From: Akkermansiaceae bacterium | Lineage (GTDB): Bacteria > Verrucomicrobiota > Verrucomicrobiia > Verrucomicrobiales > Akkermansiaceae | DNA length: 64,000 nucleotides | Assembly: GCA_051251915.1 (NCBI GenBank) | Contig: JBPOGF010000002.1 | Span: 160,001-224,000 of the forward strand | Direction of reading: 5' to 3' | Shown here: positions 31,101-38,113 of the stretch, in pieces | Numbering within the stretch: position 1 is the first letter of the stretch | Layout of the letters: each line of letters opens with the position of its first letter | Program-made: the position numbers and the translations under genes | Notes under the pieces: generated by a model | The model's input: the letters and a program-made list of their open reading frames with translations, nothing else | What the model was told of the DNA's origin: nothing | Database searches by the model: none

Positions 31101-31275
31101 TGAGAAGGTGTGCTTCTTTATTCGTAAGCTTCCGCAAGGGAAGCATAGTCTTAGCTATAAACTGAGAGCTGAAATTCCTGGGAAGTTTAGTGCATTGCCT
31201 GCGACTGCGGATGCGATGTATGCGCCTGAGTTGAGGGCGAATTCTGATGAGATGAAGATTGAGATTGGGGAGTGA
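25120..31275 (+). CDS. Bacterial alpha-2-macroglobulin
   Basis: Signal peptide, QPVYKP, EKYKKPEYEV, IRKDFAD, PDNLTTW, thioester YPYGCTEQT, DGGWGW, MYAPELRA. Confidence 0.93.
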   Translation: MMKFTQIKCVVLAVLCSLLPFIAQATVVEDRLAMNKLFEDGNWKEALEAAEKNFGAVSDEKSDGDLDLAIKCMNKLRKYEGYEGLLAVVNEKHGANAKVLLEAAHSLSSVPSNGAWFDNEYLRGASPYSRKGTRGEHANSLERDRVRALQLLERAYGLTEANDGVGKLNVLQYWATMVQSNRTHNQSWKLQILTDTGELPEVFRGYNSYSGTQGAPMTDEGDALFYEVPVSYADAENDGERWRWLLDEQVKVDPKHKLSVSRQLAAFLHQQFGVRSMQSFGWYHRMAAEDGEENQAGIMKVHTLKDNETIARLANGVKRFELPDSQNFIKMYEEAWDGGDAYAADRLVEIYLDRRQYDRAAELLGVLIATKGDDKQKSRNKRLEQITSEWGRFEQSGGAFTVVDEKRVSLVYRNAKEVRLTLHEIDVQGINDDIWEYLKGNPRTVDWNRVNWGDLLNTSVNDRHNKYIGDQVAEQVYELKPRGGHWDTRAELKLPKIDKAGAYLLRGEIGDGKKFYTMVWVDDMMLASRQVSGGTLYIAADAETGKPIAGVELIVRGYRTEALKKKSLLRKYNTITTNYEAVTDENGQVILKNGDDSGRNFQWTVEARKGEMRAWMGMNRIWSWHRDQNSEYVTRKAFCITSQPVYKPESEVQGKFWVREVRYDLGDKSAFAGRKFYLEVVDPRGEKVGEGQTIVADEYGGVPFSVDIAHDATLGSYRVVLRFDSATGSHAGNGNFRVEKYKKPEYEVKVDAPTIPVELGDAFEATVKANYYHGAPVTNATVKVKVLRHVHNARWFPYGRWDWLYGGGYGWMDVERSWYPGWAHWGCRSPYPFWYGGNHEQPELVLDEEMKIGEDGTVKVKVDSALAKLVHGDEDHRYEIKVEVVDASRRTIFGSGSVLATRKPFQVTTWLNRGYALAGERIQASVAANTLDGRVVKGWMGTTLYKVNSNAEGEIKETVVRQWDKVAYSGETARLDFKVDVAGQYRLVNLVTDEQGREVEGAILFSVRGPAGEQGDVRYNDIELITDKRTYAPGESVKLLVNTKRKGSTVMLFVRGTGDRKLLTLEGNSQVVEIPVALGDMPNFFVEAMTISDARVHTQVLEVIVPPAKRVLNVAIVPSSEKYKPQEKGTVKIKVTDENGEAVTGDCVLAVYDKSLEYISGGSNVAKIKSFFWKWRRQYQRGYWRQSMVIAGGNTVKKGSEMMGNLGAFGQQLSLELAGGDPFGDAGGGGGVRFSKKSQSAVMGRAAGNLAMPTPSAAVMESDSLSAEAFSAGGEMDEADGGNEPEVMIRKDFADLIKWSGSVKLDEDGMAEVPVEYPDNLTTWKIQTWAMAHGTRVGHGSAEVITSKDLIIRLQAPRFFVEKDEVVLSAVVHNYHAAAADAEVSLELEGGTLDVIEGDISQGVRLAGENGEERVNWRVKVKGEGEAIVRMKVVTANDADAMEMTFPVYVHGILKQMAWSREVEPGKDSAKIIIEVPEERRPEDSRLEVRFSPTIAGAIVDALPYLAEYPYGCTEQTLNRFVPTVITQKILKDMGINLEDVRNKRTNLNPQEMGDDKERAKQWKRWQRNPVFSEKEVDKMTREGVQKLIDMQVSDGGWGWFSGYGERSYPHTTAVVVHGLRLAQKNGAQVPEERIKLGVEWLKRYEARETERIRMWKKREKNTKQGPETMDVFVRLVLAENEVSNQEMLGYQFRDKKDFGVYAKSMLGMSLHLAKDVTRRDEVIRNIEQFLNYDDENQTAFLEMGNSGYWWYWYGSDIEAHAWYLKLLVLAKPESKQARGVVKFLVNNRKHATYWNSTRDTAYAIEAIAAYMEASGEADPNAEVEVLVDGKSYKKVKISKENLFSFDNKMTLAGDVLTSGKHTVEIRRKGNGPLYTNAYLTVFTKEDFIEKAGLEVKVERRFYKLVPKKATDKVAGNHGQVVEQKVDKYDRVPLKVGDAVQSGDTIEVELLLESKNDYEYLMFSDFKAAGTEAEEVRSGYTRTGNVSAYMEVHDEKVCFFIRKLPQGKHSLSYKLRAEIPGKFSALPATADAMYAPELRANSDEMKIEIGE

Positions 31276-31290
31276 TGTGATCTAAACTGA

Positions 31291-31674
31291 TTACACCTCA
31301 AACTGGTGTTTCTTTTGGAGTTCTGCTCCGCAGATTACGCAGTTGGTGCGTTTGGTGTTGGTGGGGCGGTGGCAGGTGGGGCAGTCGATGGTTTGCATGG
31401 AGATTTTGCCGTCGGTGTTGCCGTCGCGGTTGTCGATTTCTAGGACTTTGGCGATGATGTCTTCTTCTGTTAGGTCGGAGAAATCTCTGAGGAGTTCCCA
31501 CATGGCTTGGCTGCTTAGTGCGAGGCGGTCTATTTTTCTTTGAATCTGGGCGAGGACGTAGTCGGAGCCGTGGACTTTTGCTTCTGCTCGGTCTGCGGTT
31601 TTCTCAGCGTCTCTTATTCTTCTTTGTTGATAATTTTCCCAGAATATTCCTCCTGTAAATTCTATATCGTCCAT
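31291..31674 (-). CDS. Hypothetical protein with C-terminal Zn-ribbon
   Basis: IDNRDGNTDGKI, CPTC...CVICG. Confidence 0.75.
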   Translation of the reverse strand: MDDIEFTGGIFWENYQQRRIRDAEKTADRAEAKVHGSDYVLAQIQRKIDRLALSSQAMWELLRDFSDLTEEDIIAKVLEIDNRDGNTDGKISMQTIDCPTCHRPTNTKRTNCVICGAELQKKHQFEV

Positions 31675-31702
31675 GATGGTGTTGTGTTGTTTGTTTTATT
31701 GT

Positions 31703-32920
31703 TTAAAGAGTGGCGACTGATATGCCTGCGTGGTAGCCGGTGGTCCAGGCGTTTTGGAAGTTGAAGCCTCCGGTGATGCCGTCGATGTCTAGGATTTCTC
31801 CGGCGAAGTAGATGCCTTTGTGGAGTTTGGATTCCATGGTTTTTAGGTTGATTTCTTTGAGCTGGACTCCGCCGCAGGTTACGAATTCGTCTTTGTTGAG
31901 GGATTTTCCGTCGACGTGGAATTTGGAGTCGGTGAGTTGGTAGGTGAGTTTTTTGATGTGGTCTTTGGAGAGTTGTGACCAGAGGGTGGTGTGGCCGATG
32001 TTGGCGGCTTTTAGGAAGCTTTGCCAGAGGCGTTTGGGGATGTCTGGGAAGGGAGAGTAGGTGGCGACTTGGCGTTTGCCGGCTTGGTTTCGCTGGTCGG
32101 TTATTACTTGTTGTGGGTCGATTTTAGGGACCCAGTTGATGGCGATTTGGAATTTGTAGCCGAGGTCTGAGAGTGTGCGGGCTCCCCAGGCGGAGATTTT
32201 TAGGATGCCAGGGCCGCTCATGCCCCAGTGGGTGATGAGGATGGGGCCTTCGCTGGCGAGTTTTGTGCCGGGGATTTTGACGCTGGTGTGGGCTACGGAT
32301 AGGCCTGAGAGGTCGTGGAGGCGGGAGTCTTTTATTTTGAAGGTGAAGAGTGAGGGGACGGGAGGGGTGAGGGAGTGGCCTAGGTTTCCTGCGAGCTTGG
32401 CGCCTGCTGCGAGGCGGGTGCCGCCGGTGGCGATGAGGATGTTAGAGGTTGAGATGGTGTCTCCGTCTTCGGTGATGATCATGTAGTTGTTGTCGCCTTC
32501 TATGAGGATGGCTTCTACACCTAGTGAGGTGCGGATTTCTACGCCGGCTTTTTCTGCGGCGTTCATGAGGGTTTCGATAATGGTGAGGGAGTTGTCTGTG
32601 GTGGGGAACATGCGGCCGTCGGCTTCTGTCTTGAGTTCTACGCCGCGTGAGGTGAACCAGTCGATGGTGTCTGAGGCTTGGAAGCGATTGAAGGGGCCGA
32701 TGAGGGATTTTTCTCCGCGGGGGTAGTGTTTGCTGAGGGCGCGTGGGTCTTGGCAGTCGTGGGTGACGTTGCAACGGCCGCCGCCGGAGATTTTTACTTT
32801 CTGGAGGAGCTGGGATGATTTTTCTAGGATGAGGACTTTGCTGTTAGAGTTCTCTGCGCAGGTGATGGCTCCGAAGAAGCCGGCGGCGCCTCCGCCGATT
32901 ACTATGAGGTCGTATTTCAT
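31703..32920 (-). CDS. HI0933/BaiN-family flavoprotein oxidoreductase
   Basis: IGGGAAG, KISGGGRCNVT, EFVTCGGV, GEILDIDGITGGFNFQNAW. Confidence 0.93.
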   Translation of the reverse strand: MKYDLIVIGGGAAGFFGAITCAENSNSKVLILEKSSQLLQKVKISGGGRCNVTHDCQDPRALSKHYPRGEKSLIGPFNRFQASDTIDWFTSRGVELKTEADGRMFPTTDNSLTIIETLMNAAEKAGVEIRTSLGVEAILIEGDNNYMIITEDGDTISTSNILIATGGTRLAAGAKLAGNLGHSLTPPVPSLFTFKIKDSRLHDLSGLSVAHTSVKIPGTKLASEGPILITHWGMSGPGILKISAWGARTLSDLGYKFQIAINWVPKIDPQQVITDQRNQAGKRQVATYSPFPDIPKRLWQSFLKAANIGHTTLWSQLSKDHIKKLTYQLTDSKFHVDGKSLNKDEFVTCGGVQLKEINLKTMESKLHKGIYFAGEILDIDGITGGFNFQNAWTTGYHAGISVATL

Positions 32921-32938
32921 GTTGATTTGTATAAAGTG

Positions 32939-33238
32939 TTAGAGTGGGTATGGGCCGTCTGTGTCTTGGCCGTGCCAGCCTAGTTTGCGGAATGCGTTGA
33001 TGATGGAGATGAGGGTGTCGTCTTCGCTTCCGTCTGGGGCTTCTTCGATGGTGGCGCGGGTGGTGAGGCCGTTTGCGGATTCGATGGAGATGACGGTTTG
33101 TTTGCCTTCGAGGTTGATCCAGTCGCCCCAGGTTTGTTTGTCGTGGGTGGCGGGTAGTTTTTGCTTTTTGAGCGCATTTACTACTTCGCGGATGGTTGCT
33201 GGTGGCTCGGATTCTGGGATGTGGACTTGGGTTTCCAT
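32939..33238 (-). CDS. Hypothetical protein
   Basis: 99-aa ORF with - strand codon bias, co-oriented with its neighbours. Confidence 0.65.
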   Translation of the reverse strand: METQVHIPESEPPATIREVVNALKKQKLPATHDKQTWGDWINLEGKQTVISIESANGLTTRATIEEAPDGSEDDTLISIINAFRKLGWHGQDTDGPYPL

Positions 33239-33293
33239 GGTGGATTATTTACTGTGAAATATGATTAAGGGGGAGTGGTGGATGTTGGTGATT

Positions 33294-33375
33294 TTTGCTT
33301 GGGTTTTGACCTGCGGTGCTGGCCACGGAAGGCGCTGAATTACACTGAACTTGGTTGATGGAACGGAACTTGGGT
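33294..33375 (+). repeat. Intergenic repeat cassette (linker plus CAC triplet)
   Basis: TTTGCTTGGGTTTTGACCTGCGGTGCT then GCCACGGAAGGCGCTGAATTACACTGAA, CTTGGTTGATGG. Confidence 0.8.
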
Positions 33376-33387
33376 AGTTGGTGCATG

Positions 33388-34608
33388 TTAGTATATGGGG
33401 AGGAGGTGCCCGGCTTTGAGGGTGGTGTTTGGTGGGACTTCGGTGAAGCCGTGGGTGGCTTGGAGGGAGATGTAGTCGCCGGAGTTGCGGGGTGGGTGGA
33501 TGGTGAGTTGGCCGTTGTTGGTTTTGTAGGGGAGGATGCCTGTGAGGGGGAAGTTCCAGGTGAAGTCTGTGGCTAGGGGGAAGTTTTGTTGGGCTTCTGT
33601 TTTCCCTAGCATTTTGCGAAGGGTGGGGAGGACGTAGCGGTGCATGGTGGCCATGACGGATACGGGGTTTCCTGGGAGTGCGAAGATATTCAAGGGCTTG
33701 CACTCGCTGTCGTTCGTCCGCAGGGGTGATTTTTCTGTTGTCCAGAATGCGAAGGGTTTGCCGGGGCGTTGGGCTACGCCGTGGAAGGTGGGTTTTCCGA
33801 GGAGTTTTTCTAGGAGGGGGGCAACCCAGTCGAATTTGCCCATGGAGATGCCGCCGGTTAGGATGAGGGTGTCTATTGTGGGGTCTGTTAGGGCGGCTTT
33901 TAGTTTGGCTTCGATGAGATCTGGATCGTCTGGGAGGTGTTGGTCTGTGACGGTGCCGAGGTGTTGGGAGTGGATGAGGGAGGTGATGGCGGTGGGGTGG
34001 GAGCGGCGGATTTGGTAGTCGGTGGGTGTTTCGTGAGGTGGGATGACTTCGTCTCCGGTGGTGATGAGGTGGATGCGGGGGAGGCGGGTGACTTGTAGTT
34101 GTGTGGCTCCTGCGCTGGCGGCGATGGCGAGTTCGTTGGGGGTGAGGGTGGTTCCTTTTTTTAGGAGGATGTCGCCTGTTTTGCCGTCGGTGCCTTGTTG
34201 GTGGATGTGGTGGTTGTCGTCTACTTCGATGCCGTCGTGGGGGAGGGCGTAGTCTTCTGTGATGTCGTATTTCTCGACTGGGATGACGGCGTTAGCGTCT
34301 GTGGGGAGGGGGGCGCCGGTCATGACTTCGATGGCGAATTCTCCTTTGGGGAGGGTCATTTTCTGGGCTCCGGCGGCTTGGGTTCCGATGATTTTGTATC
34401 TCCAGGAGCCTAGGGCGTGGTTGTAGGTGTTGATGGCGATGCCGTCCATCATGACGCGGTCGAAGGGTGGGGCGTCTCGGTCTGCGAGGATGTCTGAGGC
34501 TAGGACTCTGCCTAGTGCGTCGCTGAGGGGGATTTTCTCTGAGTCTAACAGAACCTGACTTTTTGCAATGAGTGCGGTGGCTTCTGCGGTGGAGATGAGT
34601 GGCTGCAT
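33388..34608 (-). CDS. moeA: Molybdopterin molybdotransferase
   Basis: PPFDRVMMDG, VMTGAPLP, TTGDEV, TGGISMG, RPGKP, LPGNPVS. Confidence 0.93.
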   Translation of the reverse strand: MQPLISTAEATALIAKSQVLLDSEKIPLSDALGRVLASDILADRDAPPFDRVMMDGIAINTYNHALGSWRYKIIGTQAAGAQKMTLPKGEFAIEVMTGAPLPTDANAVIPVEKYDITEDYALPHDGIEVDDNHHIHQQGTDGKTGDILLKKGTTLTPNELAIAASAGATQLQVTRLPRIHLITTGDEVIPPHETPTDYQIRRSHPTAITSLIHSQHLGTVTDQHLPDDPDLIEAKLKAALTDPTIDTLILTGGISMGKFDWVAPLLEKLLGKPTFHGVAQRPGKPFAFWTTEKSPLRTNDSECKPLNIFALPGNPVSVMATMHRYVLPTLRKMLGKTEAQQNFPLATDFTWNFPLTGILPYKTNNGQLTIHPPRNSGDYISLQATHGFTEVPPNTTLKAGHLLPIY

Positions 34609-34615
34609 GGGGTGT

Positions 34616-35116
34616 TTATAGCAAGTCTCGCGGGACTATAAACTCTAATATTTGGCCTTGGCTGTAATCTAGGTTTTGCCAGGTGTCTGTGTTCCACTGG
34701 ACGACGAGTGTGGCGCCGGTGGGGTAGTCCTCGAAGCGTGGGTGGCTGGGGTGGTGGCGCATCATGCGGGCTAGGCGGTATGCGAGTTCGCCTATGCCCG
34801 GGTTGTGGGCGATGAGGATGATGGTGTCGTCCTCTGCGGTATCGATGTTTTGTAGCAGGGTGTCTGAGGAGGCGTGGTAGAGTGCTGGGAGGATGGAGGG
34901 CTCGATGTTGAGTTTAAGGTTGGCGAATGTCTCTTGGGTTCTGAGGGAAGATGAGACTAGGGCCTCTGTGGGGGTAAGTTTTTGTTCGCGAAGCCAGGTG
35001 CCGAGGGCTTTTGCGGAATCCTTACCTCTGGTGTTTAGTGGTCTGTCATGGTCAGAGAGGGAGGGGGAGTTCCAGTCTGATTTGGCGTGACGGGTTAGGA
35101 TGAGGGTTTTTGGCAT
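34616..35116 (-). CDS. sixA: SixA-like histidine phosphatase
   Basis: RHAKSDW, DHDRPL, RTQET, AHNPG. Confidence 0.85.
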   Translation of the reverse strand: MPKTLILTRHAKSDWNSPSLSDHDRPLNTRGKDSAKALGTWLREQKLTPTEALVSSSLRTQETFANLKLNIEPSILPALYHASSDTLLQNIDTAEDDTIILIAHNPGIGELAYRLARMMRHHPSHPRFEDYPTGATLVVQWNTDTWQNLDYSQGQILEFIVPRDLL

Positions 35117-35117
35117 G

Positions 35118-35298
35118 GCTTTGGTGGTTATTTTTTTACCGCGAAATACACTAAATACACGAAAGTTTGCTTGGGTTTTGTTTGCTTGGGTTTTGACCTG
35201 CGGTGCTTACCACGATTCGCACGAATTTTCACGAATATGGCTTGGGTTGTTGGCTTGGGTTGTGGGGGAGATTGGAAATCTAGGGCACTTTGGGCACT
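35118..35298 (+). repeat. Intergenic repeat cassette (two CAC triplets, linker, REP-like hairpin)
   Basis: 47 nt (35131-35177) identical to 55074-55120; linker 35195-35207; triplet 35209-35236; GGAGATTGGAAATCTAGGGCAC 35267-35288. Confidence 0.88.
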
Positions 35299-36873
35299 TT
35301 AGCGGATTCTTTGGAGGAGCCATGGGAGGAGGTCCTTGATGGCGATGCGCTCTTGTTCCATGGAGTCACGGTGACGGATGGTGACGGTGTCTTTTAGGTC
35401 TTCAGATCCTTCTTCTTCTCCGAGGGTCTCGAAGTCGATGGCGATGCAGAATGGTGTTCCTACTTCGTCTTGGCGACGGTAGCGGCGGCCGATGGCTGCG
35501 GCTTCATCGTAGAATACGTTCATGAATGGTTGGAGGAGGTTTTTGACTTCCTTTGCCTTGGCGACGAGTTCTGGTTTGTTTTTGAGGAGTGGCAGGATGG
35601 CGGCTTTGATGGGGGCGATGGCTGGCTTGAAGCGCATGACTGTGCGTTCGTCTTTCTTTCCGCCTTCTTTGGTGAGGTCTTCTACGTGGTAGGCTTCGCA
35701 GAGGACTGCGAGGCAGGTGCGGTCACATCCTGCGGATGGCTCGACTACGTGAGGGACGAAGCGCTCGTTGGTCTCGGTGTCGATGTACTCGAGGTTTTTC
35801 TTGGAGTGTTCTTGGTGTTTTGAGACGTCGTAGTTACCGCGGTAGGCTACGCCTTCGAGTTCTTGGATTCCGAATGGGAATTCGTATTCGAGGTCGTAGG
35901 TTTTGGATGAGTAGTGTGCGCGCTCGTCGTCTGGGACGTCGAGGACGTGGATTTTCTCACGAGGGACACCGATTTCTGTGTAGAACTGGAGGCGTTTTTC
36001 TAGCCATTCTTCGGTGAGGCGTAGGCCGTCATCTGGGTGGCAGAAGTATTCGATTTCCATTTGCTCGAATTCGCGTGAGCGGAAGGTGAAGTTACGTGGG
36101 TTGATCTCATTTCTGAATGCTTTACCGATCTGGGCGATGCCGAATGGGAGCTTGATGCGTGAGGTGTCTAGGATATGCTTGTACTGCACGAAGATGGTCT
36201 GTGCTGTTTCTGGGCGGAGGTAAGCGACGTCGCCACCTGTGGCTCCCATTTCAGTTTGGAACATGAGGTTAAAGTCTTTTGCTTCGCCGAGGAGTGATCC
36301 GCTTTCTGGGTTGTAGGCGATGGTGTCAGTTTCCTGGGTGGTGGATTCGCCTGTTAGGGTTAGCTTTTTGGCTGGGACTTCTTTGTTGTTCATGAAGTCC
36401 GCGTAGTAGTTCTTGGCTATCTTGCGGGCGTTGTTTTCTCCTTGGTTAGGGTCGGTGATGAGGACTGAGTAGTCTCGCTCGATTGACCAACCTGATTCTT
36501 CATGTGATGCGCCGGTGTAGTGGTATGCGGTGCCGGTTTGTGGGTCGATCTGGTCTGCGCGGAGGCGTTCCTTGGTGAGGAGGTCTGAGCACATTGGGTC
36601 TGAGAATCCGCCGACGTGGCCGGATGCTGTGAGGACTTCTTTGTGGGTGAGGATGGAGCCGTCCATGCCGAGGATGTCGTCACGTTCTTGGACATTTTTG
36701 CGCCACCAGTATTCTTTGACGTTGCGTTTGAGCTCGGTACCGAGTGGGCCGTAGTCCCAGCAACCGTTGAGACCTCCGTAGATTTCTGCTGATTGGATGA
36801 TGAAGCCCTTGCTTTTGCAGAGGGATACGATTTTTTCCATTTTCTGCGGATCTGTGTTGTCTTTGTTAGCCAT
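35299..36873 (-). CDS. glyQS: Glycine--tRNA ligase, homodimeric type
   Basis: EIYGG..WDYGPLG, YLRPETAQ, GKAFRNEI, REFEQMEIE, VVEPSAG, IGRRYRRQDEVGTP. Confidence 0.96.
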   Translation of the reverse strand: MANKDNTDPQKMEKIVSLCKSKGFIIQSAEIYGGLNGCWDYGPLGTELKRNVKEYWWRKNVQERDDILGMDGSILTHKEVLTASGHVGGFSDPMCSDLLTKERLRADQIDPQTGTAYHYTGASHEESGWSIERDYSVLITDPNQGENNARKIAKNYYADFMNNKEVPAKKLTLTGESTTQETDTIAYNPESGSLLGEAKDFNLMFQTEMGATGGDVAYLRPETAQTIFVQYKHILDTSRIKLPFGIAQIGKAFRNEINPRNFTFRSREFEQMEIEYFCHPDDGLRLTEEWLEKRLQFYTEIGVPREKIHVLDVPDDERAHYSSKTYDLEYEFPFGIQELEGVAYRGNYDVSKHQEHSKKNLEYIDTETNERFVPHVVEPSAGCDRTCLAVLCEAYHVEDLTKEGGKKDERTVMRFKPAIAPIKAAILPLLKNKPELVAKAKEVKNLLQPFMNVFYDEAAAIGRRYRRQDEVGTPFCIAIDFETLGEEEGSEDLKDTVTIRHRDSMEQERIAIKDLLPWLLQRIR

Positions 36874-37300
36874 TGTTTTTGGTGGTTATAAATTATTTAT
36901 GTTTGGGATGTAGCAGTTCTGGCTGGAAGAGCAAAGGCATAATGGGGGTAAGACGTAGATTTTGATATAGAGGTGGGTGGGGTATCCTTTTGAAAATGCC
37001 GAGAGCTCAGAATCCATGGAGTCTATACTAATGTGGAGCAGGGGTGATTAAGTTGGGTGTGGCTCGTGAGAGGTGCTCTAGGTTATTCTTGTGGTTTTAA
37101 AGATTAATTAGATATGGTCAGTAGTTTGTTTTTTAAATCTCCTGTAGTTTTTAAAAAAAACTTGATTATTTGGGTTTATTGATTAATAGTTAGTTTGTAA
37201 TAAATAAGCCGAAGATAGTTCATGCCGCAGTTCCGAGCTTTTTTGAACCTCATTCAATCAAGTATTTCCTCAATTAAATATTAAGTAATTATACTATATT

Positions 37301-38113
37301 ATGAAACGTATTATATCGTCATTAACGCTTCTGATGGCTTGTGCCACAGCTGAAGCAGGCACAGTGATCAATGAAGATTTTTCTAACGATTGGGGAGACT
37401 TTACAGCCCTGAACAACACGCAGGTTATGCCTACGAATAATGGGTTTCTAGAGTTCACTAGTACTAATAATCAGGGCTCAGGTGTGATTTTGGATTTCCT
37501 GGATGATTTTCCTGGCGACATAGCTAGTGACACAGCTCCGCAAACGCTCTATTTTGAGATCAGTGTTGTTGTTCCTTTAGCCGTGCAGAACGCTCAGGAG
37601 GAGCTTGGGTTCTTTCTTGGGCCTGTGGTGACAGAAGCTCAATCTGGAGCGATCACTACTGGGCAAAACACCAATGGTTTCACATTCTATATCAACGATG
37701 GGGCTGTGTTTGCTCCAGATAATAGTCAAGGAACAGCTTATACTGGTGCTGGAAATGGTCAAGCTGTCAATCTTCTCTCTGGTCTAGCTGCTGGCTCAAT
37801 AGCCACCTTTAGTCTTGAATGGATGCCGGTCCCTGCTCAGAACTCTGGACAATCGAATAATGTCTTCACTCTCACTGTGGATGGCTTTAATTCTAGTGGA
37901 GTGGCTATTACGGCTTCAGAAACTTTTGATGGTGCACAGAACCGCAACAATGATGATGTCAATGATTACCAGTTCGTGGCATCCACTACTACGGGTCTCA
38001 CGGCTTCAATTGATAATTTCACGGTATCTAATATGCCTATACCAGAGCCTTCTACCTCTCTGTTGACCTTGATCTGTGTTCCTGCTTTATTATTACGTAG
38101 GCGTCGTGACTAA
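37301..38113 (+). CDS. PEP-CTERM surface protein, Ser/Thr/Asn-rich
   Basis: Signal peptide (AEA-G); IPEPSTSLLTLICVPALLLRRRRD. Confidence 0.92.
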   Translation: MKRIISSLTLLMACATAEAGTVINEDFSNDWGDFTALNNTQVMPTNNGFLEFTSTNNQGSGVILDFLDDFPGDIASDTAPQTLYFEISVVVPLAVQNAQEELGFFLGPVVTEAQSGAITTGQNTNGFTFYINDGAVFAPDNSQGTAYTGAGNGQAVNLLSGLAAGSIATFSLEWMPVPAQNSGQSNNVFTLTVDGFNSSGVAITASETFDGAQNRNNDDVNDYQFVASTTTGLTASIDNFTVSNMPIPEPSTSLLTLICVPALLLRRRRD

